The notes below the pieces were generated by a model, which was not told the DNA's origin, ran no database searches, and worked only from the letters and a program-made list of their open reading frames with translations. A stretch of DNA of 64,000 nt from Candidatus Fermentibacterota bacterium (GTDB lineage: Bacteria; Fermentibacterota; Fermentibacteria; Fermentibacterales; JCC-6): the NCBI GenBank assembly GCA_030609965.1, contig JAUWSQ010000002.1:65395-129394 (forward strand), given 5' to 3'. Within the stretch, counting starts at the first letter, position 1; the number at the start of each line of letters is the position of its first letter. Below are positions 26,862-35,948 of this stretch, one piece after another. Both the position numbers and the translations under genes were made by a program.

Positions 26862-27889
26862 ACAGTGCAATCCTGTTATCATCGTGGGAGAAAGTGAGCA
26901 GGGAAGATATCAGAAGGCTTCTCCGCAACCATTCGCCCGATGAAACGGTTGAAATACTGAAAAGAGAGATCCGCCCGGGAATGCCGGATGCTGAAGAGAC
27001 CGAGCGGAGGGTATTATCTGCTTCTGAGCACGGTATGAAAACTGCTATCTATGGCAATGAAGATTATCCTGATATTCTGATCAACATACCCGATCCGCCT
27101 GTTGTACTGTTTTACAGGGGAGATCTTGAAAGATTTCTTACCATGCCCGCGATCGCGGTTATAGGCTCAAGACGATGTACAACTTACGGAAGGAAGGTGG
27201 CCAGATCACTTGCCCGTGATTTTGTCAGAAGCGGTGTTGCAGTGGTCAGCGGCCTTGCAAGAGGTATCGATGCCGAGGCGCATAGAGGTGTTATTGAATC
27301 AGGTGGTGTAACCATGGCGGTTCTTGGGAACGGCCTTGATTTGTGCTACCCTCCGGAGCATGATCGTCTGTCGGAGAAAATCCTCGAAAAAGGAATTCTC
27401 CTCAGCGAATACCCTCCAGGAACAGAACCTGCCAGATATAGATTTCCCGAGAGGAACAGGCTCATAAGCGGTTTCTCAAGGGGAGTAGTAGTGGTGGAGG
27501 CCGGGAGGAAGAGCGGAACAATGATAACCGTGGGTACGGCACTTGATCAGGGCAGGGATGTATTTGCTGTACCCGGAGAAGTGACAAGAGCCCTTTCAAT
27601 GGGTACGAATATGCTGCTTCGTGACGGGGCGGGAGTGGTAATTACTGCGGCCGATGTTTTAGAACCGCTGGGGCTGGCACAGGAACCCGGAAGTTCGATA
27701 AGTACCTTTGAACCGGAGAGTGATACCGCAAGGGCGATCCTTGAACACCTCTCCATCGAAACACTCCATTTCAATCAGCTGCTAAGGCTTACCGAGGTTG
27801 GTACCGCAGTGCTTCAGTCAGAACTGCTGAACCTTGAGATTGCCGGGGTTGTCACTCAGCACCCGGGGAAGTTCTACTCGCTTACTTAG
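26858..27889 (+). CDS. dprA: DNA processing protein DprA (Smf)
   Basis: GSRRCTTYG...VVSGLARGIDAEAHRG Rossmann-like DprA core. ATGA overlap with obg. Confidence 0.9.
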   Translation: MNSAILLSSWEKVSREDIRRLLRNHSPDETVEILKREIRPGMPDAEETERRVLSASEHGMKTAIYGNEDYPDILINIPDPPVVLFYRGDLERFLTMPAIAVIGSRRCTTYGRKVARSLARDFVRSGVAVVSGLARGIDAEAHRGVIESGGVTMAVLGNGLDLCYPPEHDRLSEKILEKGILLSEYPPGTEPARYRFPERNRLISGFSRGVVVVEAGRKSGTMITVGTALDQGRDVFAVPGEVTRALSMGTNMLLRDGAGVVITAADVLEPLGLAQEPGSSISTFEPESDTARAILEHLSIETLHFNQLLRLTEVGTAVLQSELLNLEIAGVVTQHPGKFYSLT

Positions 27890-27962
27890 CATTTGGGGTC
27901 AGGCACCAAAACTTAACATTCTTAGCATTTGTGAATGGGGCCGGGTCTAACATCTAAACATT
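27885..27962. repeat. Two tandem degenerate repeat units U1 (27885-27920) and U2 (27921-27962), each starting CTTAGCATTTG and ending AACATT
   Basis: Read directly. U2 is the left arm of the 26-bp palindrome. U1 contains the left arm of the 30-bp inverted repeat. Confidence 0.8.
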
Positions 27963-28011
27963 ATTATGTATTACATCTGTGATGAAATGTTTAGATGTTA
28001 GACCCGGCCCC
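27937..28011. repeat. Perfect 26-bp inverted repeat with a 23-nt spacer, between convergent dprA and aroK and overlapping the aroK 3' end
   Basis: GGGGCCGGGTCTAACATCTAAACATT (27937-27962) vs AATGTTTAGATGTTAGACCCGGCCCC (27986-28011). No T-tract follows. The aroK stop and its last ~6 codons lie inside the right arm. Confidence 0.9.
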
Positions 28012-28521
28012 AGTCAGGATGCTGATTATTTTGATAACTGTTTCTTCCGGAGTGATGCCTGATGTATCTATCCGGTTGGGTAATGAATTGTAGTGTTCAT
28101 TCCTTGCCTTCAGCAGTTCGATGAACGCAGTGCCGTTCGTCGCCAGGGGTCTGTTTCCATTCTGTATCCCTATTCTTTTTTGGAGTATATCTTCAGATGC
28201 GGTGAGAGTGATTATGATCCCGTTATTCCTGACCGCGAGGAGATTACTGTTATCCAGCAGACAGCCGCCTCCAAGCGCAAGCACGAACCTTTCATCGGTT
28301 GAGAGAAGTGAATTCAGTGCTTCCGATTCCAGCCTTCTGAATTCTTCCTCATCAAAACTGCTGAAGATACAGGAAATGGTCATGGAAGCGTTCTCCTCGA
28401 TAAGGGTATCCAGGTCGTGGAAAGGCAGACCCAGTCGTGTAGCCAGGAGTTTTCCGGTTGTTGATTTACCGGAGCAGGGAGGACCCGCAATAAAGATCAA
28501 TCCGTTATTCAAGCTGTTCAT
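27991..28521 (-). CDS. aroK: Shikimate kinase
   Basis: P-loop GPPCSGKST, LGLPFHDLDTLIEE, LALGGG. Confidence 0.9.
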   Translation of the reverse strand: MNSLNNGLIFIAGPPCSGKSTTGKLLATRLGLPFHDLDTLIEENASMTISCIFSSFDEEEFRRLESEALNSLLSTDERFVLALGGGCLLDNSNLLAVRNNGIIITLTASEDILQKRIGIQNGNRPLATNGTAFIELLKARNEHYNSLPNRIDTSGITPEETVIKIISILTGAGSNI

Positions 28522-28579
28522 TGAATGATGATAATCAAATAAACCGGTGCCGCAAGTTTCGAAGCCTGACCCTTTTTGT

Positions 28580-28609
28580 TAAGAATGTTAAGTTCTGGTG
28601 CCTGACCCC
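28580..28609. repeat. Right arm of a 30-bp inverted repeat (29/30) whose left arm is 27895-27924; an adjacent direct repeat CCTGACCC(C)TTTTGTTAA(G/C) lies at 28565-28583 and 28601-28619
   Basis: TAAGAATGTTAAGTTCTGGTGCCTGACCCC is the reverse complement of GGGGTCAGGCACCAAAACTTAACATTCTTA with a single mismatch at 28595. Confidence 0.85.
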
Positions 28610-28773
28610 TTTTGTTAACTTTTAGCTGCGTCCTCAGAAACTGTAGGTTGACGGATTACAAACGGTGATGTATTGACTTCAACGTCAGTTAAGATGGAGA
28701 GATAAATATACTCTCGATTCTGATATCAAATTTCTGCTTTTAGAATCGGTATGGCGGTAAATCGGAGAGAATT

Positions 28774-29304
28774 ATGACAAAGGATGAACTTGCGGGAGCA
28801 GTAGCTGAAAAAACCGGCGTTAGCAGGAAAGTCGCAAAATCGGTACTGACAACCCTGCTTGATACCATTACTGAGCAGCTGTGTAACGGAGAGATAATAT
28901 ATCTGAGAGGTTTCGGCTGTTTCGAGACCAAAGAGGGAAGAAGTAGAAGAGCCCGTGATCCGCAGGGAGATGGAATAATAGAGATACCTCCAAGGATCAG
29001 ACCAGTCTTCAGACCCTACAACGACCTTAAGGATGCAGTACAGGAGAAACTCGGAAAAAGGGTTACCGTGGATTTTCTGTGCCTGAGTGCTAAAAACGCT
29101 CTTACGGTATCCGTGGTTGGCAAATTCAACAATTGGAATCAGTCAAGCAATCCGATGCAGCGCCTTCCAGATGGAAGCTGGGTTGGCGAAATACGGGCTG
29201 TTTCGGGACAGACATTAAAATATCAGTATTGGATAGACGGTACGCTGGAAAACGATCCTGCGTTTCCTGTCGATAGTAAAGGTAATACTGTGAGGCAGAT
29301 ATAA
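28774..29304 (+). CDS. HU/IHF-family DNA-binding domain fused to a C-terminal CBM48/AMPK-beta (E-set) carbohydrate-binding-like domain
   Basis: N-terminal 90 aa: MTKDELAGAVAEKTGVSRKVAKSVL...RGFGCFE...RARDP..G..IEIPPR..P.F (HU fold). C-terminal about 85 aa: VTVDF...VSVVGKFNNWN...M.RL.DGSW.GEI....G...YQYWIDG....DP. The stop overlaps the ftsK ATG by 1 nt. Confidence 0.65.
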   Translation: MTKDELAGAVAEKTGVSRKVAKSVLTTLLDTITEQLCNGEIIYLRGFGCFETKEGRSRRARDPQGDGIIEIPPRIRPVFRPYNDLKDAVQEKLGKRVTVDFLCLSAKNALTVSVVGKFNNWNQSSNPMQRLPDGSWVGEIRAVSGQTLKYQYWIDGTLENDPAFPVDSKGNTVRQI

Positions 29305-31538
29305 TGGCTTCAGGAAGTAAACACCGCGCATCCAGAAGAGCAAGAAGGAAGAAACCACACAGGATACGTAATGTTATCCTGGTTACAGTGCTTTTCCTTG
29401 GTGCAGCACTTACTGCAGTGCTTGCTGTACCAGCACCCGGAATTGCTGGAGAAGTACGCAGCTATCTTTACGGGAAACTGGGATGCCTTTCCTTCCTCAT
29501 ACCGCTTTTTCTCTTTCAGACGGGAGCATGGCTTCTTGATTTGAAATTCAGGAAGACCGGATTCAGAATCCTGTCGGGTATCGGCGTCACCGGCTACTTC
29601 TTTGCTGCCCTGCTTGATTTAGTGATCAGCAGAAGAATATACGGATTTCACAACATTCCAGGCGGCAGTATCGCAGGGACTCTGGGAGATATTCTCCTTC
29701 CCATCACTGGAGTCGCCATAACATTCCTGATCCTTTTCACGGCTTTTGTGGCTTCGCTTGTAGCTTTTACTGGATGGGATATCAGTAGTGATTTCAAGTC
29801 AATTGCCGAGAGGCTTTCAAGATTGACAGGTAGAAGCAGCGGTAAAAAAAAGAAAGAGAAACCCTCGAAAAGAAAGATATCCGCTACTGATGAATTAAAC
29901 GTCTGGTCCCGGAATGAAACGGGTGAATCCGTTCCCAGGATACCCTTCGGATCGCAGGATGATGTCAAACCCGATGGAGAGGGTAAAACTATAGAACGTG
30001 CAGAGCGCAAGAAACCGGACAGTGTGAGAAAGAAGGTCAGCCCTGAAATACTGACAGGCGGCAGCAAAACCAATGCAGCAGCCGATACCGGCGATATGGA
30101 CGGATACATTTCCCCACCCTTTTCATGTCTGGATTTCCCGGATGAGGATGTACGGGTAAGGATGACCGATCAAACTCTTGATGACCTGGCCGATCTGCTC
30201 ATGGAGAAGCTGCAGGATTTTGGTATAGATTGCAGCGTCTCCGGCAGTTATCCCGGACCGGTCATAACAAGGTTCGAAATAGAACCGGGCCCGGGTATTA
30301 AAGTAAACAAATTTGTTTCCCTATCGGATGATCTTGCCCTTGCCCTGAAGGCCAGGAGAATCCGTATTCTCGCCCCTATTCCAGGCAAGGGTGCGGTTGG
30401 AATTGAAGTGCCTAACCCCACTCCCGAGACGGTATATCTAAGGGAGGTGATGGATACGATATCGACCGAGAAGCTCCCGATCGCACTTGGTAAAATGATA
30501 GAGGGGAAACCTTTCGTTGCAGATATCGCAAGCATGCCCCATCTGCTGATTGCAGGAGCTACAGGATCCGGGAAGAGTGTGTGCATGCATTCGATAATTG
30601 CGTCCCTTCTTCTTACCAGAACTCCATCCCAGGTAAGACTTGCCATGATAGACCCCAAGATGCTGGAACTCTCAATTTACGAGGGGATTCCACACCTGTG
30701 GGCTCCTGTAGTCATTGAAACGGATAAGGCGACCGGGCTTCTTGATGCTCTTGTATCTGAAATGGAAAACCGTTACAAGAGACTTTCCAGAATAGGAGTG
30801 CGCTCCATCGATGAGTTCAATTCCAGGCTTTCTGCTGAGTCGGAGGATGAGAGACTCCCGTATATCGTTGTATTCATTGATGAACTTGCGGATCTTATGC
30901 TTACCGTTTCAAGGGAGATCGAGCCTGCAATCTCCAGGCTGGCTCACATGGCAAGGGCTGTCGGGATTCACATGGTTCTTGCTACGCAGCGGCCATCCGT
31001 CGATGTGATAACCGGGGTGATCAAGGCGAATTTCCCTTCGAGGATAGCCTTCAATGTGCAGTCAAAAACCGATTCACGGACAATCCTTGATATGAACGGT
31101 GCTGAAAAGCTTCTGGGCAAAGGAGATATGCTTTACCTTCCGACCACTTCACCCGAGCCGATCAGAGTTCACGGATCTTTCATATCGACGGAAGAAACAA
31201 GAACAATAGTCGAGCACCTTCGTGATCAGCCGAAGATACCGTTTGAATATGAATTCCCCGCTGATGACAGTTGGAACATCGGTGATCCATGTGTGGTAAA
31301 GATAGACGACCCTCTGTTCGGGAAGGCAAAACAGGTTGTGGTTCATACTCAGCAGGGATCGGTGTCGATTATTCAGAGAAGATTGAGAGTAGGCTATTCA
31401 AGAGCCGCCAGCCTGATCGACATGCTTGAACAGGCTGGTATAGTCGGACCATTTCAGGGCAGTAAAGCCAGGGCGGTGCTGGTAACCATGGAGGAACTTG
31501 AGGAAGAGCATGAGAAAGAGAGTAGTGATGAGGAGTAA
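29304..31538 (+). CDS. ftsK: DNA translocase FtsK/SpoIIIE
   Basis: N-terminal TM helices, linker, motor domain (GATGSGKS Walker A, VVFIDELADLM Walker B), gamma winged-helix (IIQRRLRVGYSRAASLIDMLEQAGIVGP). Confidence 0.95.
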   Translation: MASGSKHRASRRARRKKPHRIRNVILVTVLFLGAALTAVLAVPAPGIAGEVRSYLYGKLGCLSFLIPLFLFQTGAWLLDLKFRKTGFRILSGIGVTGYFFAALLDLVISRRIYGFHNIPGGSIAGTLGDILLPITGVAITFLILFTAFVASLVAFTGWDISSDFKSIAERLSRLTGRSSGKKKKEKPSKRKISATDELNVWSRNETGESVPRIPFGSQDDVKPDGEGKTIERAERKKPDSVRKKVSPEILTGGSKTNAAADTGDMDGYISPPFSCLDFPDEDVRVRMTDQTLDDLADLLMEKLQDFGIDCSVSGSYPGPVITRFEIEPGPGIKVNKFVSLSDDLALALKARRIRILAPIPGKGAVGIEVPNPTPETVYLREVMDTISTEKLPIALGKMIEGKPFVADIASMPHLLIAGATGSGKSVCMHSIIASLLLTRTPSQVRLAMIDPKMLELSIYEGIPHLWAPVVIETDKATGLLDALVSEMENRYKRLSRIGVRSIDEFNSRLSAESEDERLPYIVVFIDELADLMLTVSREIEPAISRLAHMARAVGIHMVLATQRPSVDVITGVIKANFPSRIAFNVQSKTDSRTILDMNGAEKLLGKGDMLYLPTTSPEPIRVHGSFISTEETRTIVEHLRDQPKIPFEYEFPADDSWNIGDPCVVKIDDPLFGKAKQVVVHTQQGSVSIIQRRLRVGYSRAASLIDMLEQAGIVGPFQGSKARAVLVTMEELEEEHEKESSDEE

Positions 31539-32178
31539 ACTTCTGTATTCCGTGCTGCCGATTCTGGTATTTTCCGTCGCTTGCGGTGGTGGAAACAAGA
31601 GCTTTGATCATGCGGGTTACTCGGTTGGGGATGATGATATATCCATTTTTACGAGAGCCTGCCAGCAGTATTTCAGGGGAAGCCTGTCGAATTCTAAGGA
31701 AACTTTCAATTCCATTATATACCGTTTCCCCGATTCTCAACTGAACAGTGATGCTCAGCTTGCAGTCAGGAAGATTGAATACGAACTGACCGGTATTAGC
31801 GAAATTCCTGTTGAGAATAATAGCGGCATATCTGTGGATTTCCCATCGGTTGCGGTCGTGGGTATCCCCACAGTTGTTTCCACTGTCTCACAACTTGAAA
31901 TACTTATTCTAACAACTGGTACTCCTCCTCTGACGATAGAAGATGCGGGAGCACCGGATGTGACGCTGGTTCTTTACCCCGCTGGTTTGGAGGAGCAGGC
32001 GTACATTGTATCAGATTCGTTATCCTCGTGGCTATCATCACATTCCTCAGTGCCGGTCCAGCCTGGCGGGGACATCATATCATCTGTTGCTCCGGGGCAT
32101 TCGGGAATTGTTATAGTGATTGGAACCGACGCGACTGTAGATGGATCAATGCTTAATAGCCATTCCATTGACCCCTGA
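31528..32178 (+). CDS. Hypothetical lipoprotein
   Basis: MRSKLLYSVLPILVFSVACGG lipobox. Start chosen at the third in-frame ATG (the ORF track begins at 31498). No family recognised. Confidence 0.45.
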   Translation: MRSKLLYSVLPILVFSVACGGGNKSFDHAGYSVGDDDISIFTRACQQYFRGSLSNSKETFNSIIYRFPDSQLNSDAQLAVRKIEYELTGISEIPVENNSGISVDFPSVAVVGIPTVVSTVSQLEILILTTGTPPLTIEDAGAPDVTLVLYPAGLEEQAYIVSDSLSSWLSSHSSVPVQPGGDIISSVAPGHSGIVIVIGTDATVDGSMLNSHSIDP

Positions 32179-32201
32179 CCGTCACTTATGAAGGAATATA
32201 T

Positions 32202-32792
32202 ATGCTGAACCTGTGTCTGCTTATTTCTATAACTGCTTCATCATCCATGAGTCCGCTGCTGGAGAAGATGAGAAACACCGTTTTCATGACTGGACCGTTT
32301 ATTCAGACAGATTCATGGGCACTTACTCTGGAAGAGGAAACATCATCGGGAACGATGTATTTAGGTCATCCTGACCTTTTTCTGCTTGCATATACCGAAC
32401 CGGCCGGGGCGGCAATGGGTTACGACGGGTCAGTTCTTTATACGATTGAAGCCGATCTGCAGCAGGTTATCCTCTATCCATCAGGAGAGCCGGGCAGTTT
32501 TCTACATATGCTGGAAAAGTGTGCCGATTCAACAATTGCAGAAACACTCCAGTTAAGCGGCGACAGCCTTATCATTCTGCTCGAAGGTGATTTCGGAGAG
32601 GGAATAAGCCGCATGAAGGTGGGTTTCACTATTTCCGACAGTCTACCGTTCCTGTTCTCAACAACCGATTACAATGGTAACAGCACCGAGTACACGATCT
32701 GGAATCTGATAACTGATGATTACTCCCCGGAAAGTGTTTTCCAGCTGACGATTCCCGATGGTTATACCATCGTGAATCCTGAGGAGATGTAG
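32202..32792 (+). CDS. LolA-like (outer-membrane lipoprotein carrier fold) protein
   Basis: Size and pattern (F.Q...W....EE.SSG.MYL..PD.F.L.Y.EP....MGYDGSVLYT.EADLQQV) resemble the LolA family. Weak call. Confidence 0.4.
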   Translation: MLNLCLLISITASSSMSPLLEKMRNTVFMTGPFIQTDSWALTLEEETSSGTMYLGHPDLFLLAYTEPAGAAMGYDGSVLYTIEADLQQVILYPSGEPGSFLHMLEKCADSTIAETLQLSGDSLIILLEGDFGEGISRMKVGFTISDSLPFLFSTTDYNGNSTEYTIWNLITDDYSPESVFQLTIPDGYTIVNPEEM

Positions 32793-32793
32793 T

Positions 32794-34050
32794 TTGCCGG
32801 AAGCTTTCCTTCTGACGCTGGGTTGCCCCAAGAACGAAGCTGATTCGGACGCTTTTGCAGGTTGTCTGACTGGAGCCGGATGGGGGATATCCAGGAACAT
32901 TGAGAATACTGATCTACTTCTTCTAAATACTTGCGCCTTCATACAACCCGCAGTAGATGAATCCCTGGACGCGATCGAGCAGGCTCTGGAATGGAAAAAT
33001 AACAAACCGGGGAGAATTCTAGTTCTGGCAGGCTGTCTGCCTGGCAGATATCCGGATGACGGATCTGGTGGTCTGGAGGATTTTGATCTGATAATCGGCC
33101 CGGGGGATACGTCACATCTTGAGGAGTACCTTTCATTGACGTCGGCTTCCATCCCTGAACCTGCCGGCGGCAGGATCTCAAGGTACCTGAAGATATCTGA
33201 AGGATGTTCGAATAACTGTGCTTACTGTACCATTCCCCTTATAAGAGGTGCCAGAAGAGACAGAAGCCCGCAGGAGATCCTGATAGATGCGGAGCACATT
33301 GCGGAACAGGGAGCGGTTGAGATAGGAATTGTCGGCCAGGATACTGCAAGCTGGAAGTATGGAGGTGACTCAATAACAAGATTGATCACTCAACTAGCTG
33401 GTACCTACCCTGATATCTGGTTCAGGCTCTACTATATTCATCCGGCATTTTACCCTGACGATTTTCTTCCGCTTCTCGCGGAACATGACAATGTAATGCC
33501 TTATATTGATATGCCTGTTCAGCATGTTTCAGACAGGATACTGAAAAGGATGGGCAGACCTTATACCGGCGATCACTTAAGGAAGCTGTTCGATGAATTT
33601 GAGAATTTCGAGAAGATGCTTTCTGTAAGAACGACATTAATAGCTGGATATCCGGGCGAGACCGAAGATGATTTCAGTGAACTGGTTCAATTCCTTTCTC
33701 AATACCGCTGTATCAGAACGATAGCCGCATTTCCATACTGGTCTGAAGAAGGGACCAGAGAGTTCTCCAGAGTTTCTTCTGAAGATCTCCCTGATAGAAG
33801 CATCGTTCAATCAAGACTTGCTAGAATAGGGGACGTAGCGGATGAACATAACATTGTATGGGCAGACAGGCTGGAGGGGAGGATAATGGATATTCTGGCG
33901 GATACACCTCTGCTGGGACATTCCCGTCTTGATGCGCCGGGAGTTGATGGAGCCTGCTGTTTTGATCGAAGTGTCGAGCCGGGACGAATCATCAGATGCC
34001 GGATAACCGGAGGGACGGGATCCGACCTTACTGCCGAGGTGCTGAAATGA
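32794..34050 (+). CDS. rimO: Radical SAM methylthiotransferase, RimO-like (MiaB family)
   Basis: UPF0004 N-domain LTLGCPKNEADSD, radical SAM CSNNCAYC, C-terminal TRAM-like segment. TTG start. Confidence 0.7.
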   Translation: MPEAFLLTLGCPKNEADSDAFAGCLTGAGWGISRNIENTDLLLLNTCAFIQPAVDESLDAIEQALEWKNNKPGRILVLAGCLPGRYPDDGSGGLEDFDLIIGPGDTSHLEEYLSLTSASIPEPAGGRISRYLKISEGCSNNCAYCTIPLIRGARRDRSPQEILIDAEHIAEQGAVEIGIVGQDTASWKYGGDSITRLITQLAGTYPDIWFRLYYIHPAFYPDDFLPLLAEHDNVMPYIDMPVQHVSDRILKRMGRPYTGDHLRKLFDEFENFEKMLSVRTTLIAGYPGETEDDFSELVQFLSQYRCIRTIAAFPYWSEEGTREFSRVSSEDLPDRSIVQSRLARIGDVADEHNIVWADRLEGRIMDILADTPLLGHSRLDAPGVDGACCFDRSVEPGRIIRCRITGGTGSDLTAEVLK

Positions 34051-34059
34051 TGGGTGTGG

Positions 34060-34086
34060 CGTATCCCCGCATACGGTTTTATCTTT
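34060..34086 (+). terminator. Weak candidate terminator after rimO
   Basis: 5-bp stem CGTAT/ATACG, loop CCCCGC, followed by GTTTTATCTTT. Confidence 0.35.
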
Positions 34087-34178
34087 ACTCGTGTGTTGAA
34101 TTGTCAGTTTGTCGTGTTGTCTGAAGCCCGGGAAGAGGATTTCAGATTATGTTCAATTGCTAATATGAAGGAACAGGT

Positions 34179-34769
34179 ATGTATACTATTCTAATGACCG
34201 CTCTGCTCGCTCTGGTTCCGTCGAATATGGAACTGGCCGAAGACGCCATTTTACTGGCTCTCCAGGAACTTCCTGACAGCCTCTCCTCCTATGGAACTGA
34301 TGGTATCCAGATGGAGATCCTCGGGGAGCATTCCGGAAACTGGTTTATAGAACAGACCATTTCCTCCGTCCTCCATGAGAATGGAATATCAGTATTCCAA
34401 CGGGAGATTGACCTTGACAGCTCAATGATGCTCCTGAAAGTCAGGCCCATGGAATTGGTTCTGGAATATGGAGACGTAAGTAGACCATGGATAATCGGTT
34501 CCAAACGTGTTGATAGAATAGCCAAATGCGAACTCTCATTCACTCTGTATGATGTCGAGGGAAGCATACTTATGACACTTAGAACAAGTGGAATTGAAGA
34601 AGATAAAATATCCTGGTCCGATGCTGAAGTTCTGAGCGGATCAGAAGAATGGGATTGGCTTTCCGGTGAATTGCCTGAAAACAGGGGTGGTGGAATACTG
34701 GAGCCCATAATTGTATCCGGTGTTGTGGCAAGCCTTGTATACCTGTTCTACTCCAGCCGCGCTGAATAA
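34179..34769 (+). CDS. Hypothetical protein with N-terminal signal-like and C-terminal TM segments
   Basis: ORF with good coding look. No family recognised. Confidence 0.4.
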   Translation: MYTILMTALLALVPSNMELAEDAILLALQELPDSLSSYGTDGIQMEILGEHSGNWFIEQTISSVLHENGISVFQREIDLDSSMMLLKVRPMELVLEYGDVSRPWIIGSKRVDRIAKCELSFTLYDVEGSILMTLRTSGIEEDKISWSDAEVLSGSEEWDWLSGELPENRGGGILEPIIVSGVVASLVYLFYSSRAE

Positions 34770-34940
34770 ACAGTTCTAGTGTCACGTCAAGCATCAACTG
34801 TCGGATCCTGCTCGTTCTTTGGCATCCCTGCGGCGTTACGGATTCGGTTACATAGCGTTGCTATGCGCCTTCATCCGCGCCTTGCAGGAACACCAAATCA
34901 CTTAGCAACCACACGACATCTGACACTTGACAGAACACTA

Positions 34941-35948
34941 GTGAAGCGAGCCGGAATTGCGCTGAATCTGCTTTCCCTGGTTCTTGTATCTGCAGGGTGC
35001 GGCGGCGGCGAAACCACCAGTAATATACTTGAAGAGGCCAGATTGTTGAGACAGTCCGGGAATTACGTACAGGCTGTTATGCTTTTTGAAGAGGCGGTAG
35101 TACACGGAGACAGCCAGCCTGAACTGCTGCTGGATTATGCCGAGACTGCTGTCCTGGCTGCACAGACGGAAAGAAATACCCTTTACAGGCAGAAGGCAAG
35201 AGTAGCGGTAACTATATTGTCGGATAATTATGGCGATATCAACCCGAGGGAGATAGGAGAACTCTGGAGAAGACTGGCCTGGGAAATGGCTAGAGATTCA
35301 GATTCTCTTCAGGCCTTTAACTGTTTTGAAAATGCACTTGATTACGATATTCAGGATATTTTCGAGTCCGAATGGCTTTTCAGGGGTGTTTATGCAGGCA
35401 ACCATCTGGAGCTTCTTGCTGCAATCCCGGATACCCTTGCGGGTTCAGCTGCCGCAGACAGCATACTTACGATTACTGCTGAACGTTTCCTTGTTGAGCT
35501 TGACAGGATTCCAAGACCCAGAACAGACCTCAGGGAGGATATTCTCAGGGCAAAGGCTGCCCTCCTGCCATATACATCCCGTACAGAGCAGGAACTTGCG
35601 GTTCTTACGGAACTTGACAGACTTGGCGGGATACAACCGGATGCGCGCCTCAGAAGAATACATCTTCTCCTTGAAGCAGCAGCAGCAGACATAACAGAGA
35701 ACCATCTGACCCTGGCCAGGGAGAAACTTCTTGAAGTATGGAATTCAAACTTTTCGGGTGAGAGGATCGAGTCGGCTTACATGTTCGGGCTTATTGAGGA
35801 GCGGAACGGAAATATTGAAAACGCCCTTCAGTGGTATAGAAGAGCTTGCAACGTTTCACCCGGCTCATCTTCACAGTTCGCTGTACTTGCGGCAGCAAGA
35901 AGAGATTCTTTAACTTACGATTACGAACGGATGGAGCAGGATATCTGA
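34941..35948 (+). CDS. TPR-like lipoprotein
   Basis: GTG 34941 gives VKRAGIALNLLSLVLVSAGCGG (lipobox). The ORF-track extension 34779-34940 lacks coding character. Helical repeat-rich body. Confidence 0.5.
   Translation: MKRAGIALNLLSLVLVSAGCGGGETTSNILEEARLLRQSGNYVQAVMLFEEAVVHGDSQPELLLDYAETAVLAAQTERNTLYRQKARVAVTILSDNYGDINPREIGELWRRLAWEMARDSDSLQAFNCFENALDYDIQDIFESEWLFRGVYAGNHLELLAAIPDTLAGSAAADSILTITAERFLVELDRIPRPRTDLREDILRAKAALLPYTSRTEQELAVLTELDRLGGIQPDARLRRIHLLLEAAAADITENHLTLAREKLLEVWNSNFSGERIESAYMFGLIEERNGNIENALQWYRRACNVSPGSSSQFAVLAAARRDSLTYDYERMEQDI

Noticed and set aside
27937-28011. The palindrome arms contain GTCTAAC / GTTAGAC, and U1 contains ACTTAAC / GTTAAGT. These match the integron attC core consensus RYYYAAC / GTTRRRY, which suggested aroK might be an integron cassette.
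   Set aside because: The 7-mer consensus is highly degenerate. attC sites are imperfect, with extrahelical bases, rather than 26-bp perfect palindromes. No intI or attI is in the window, and aroK is a housekeeping gene. It is kept only as a remote possibility under the aroK repeat finding.
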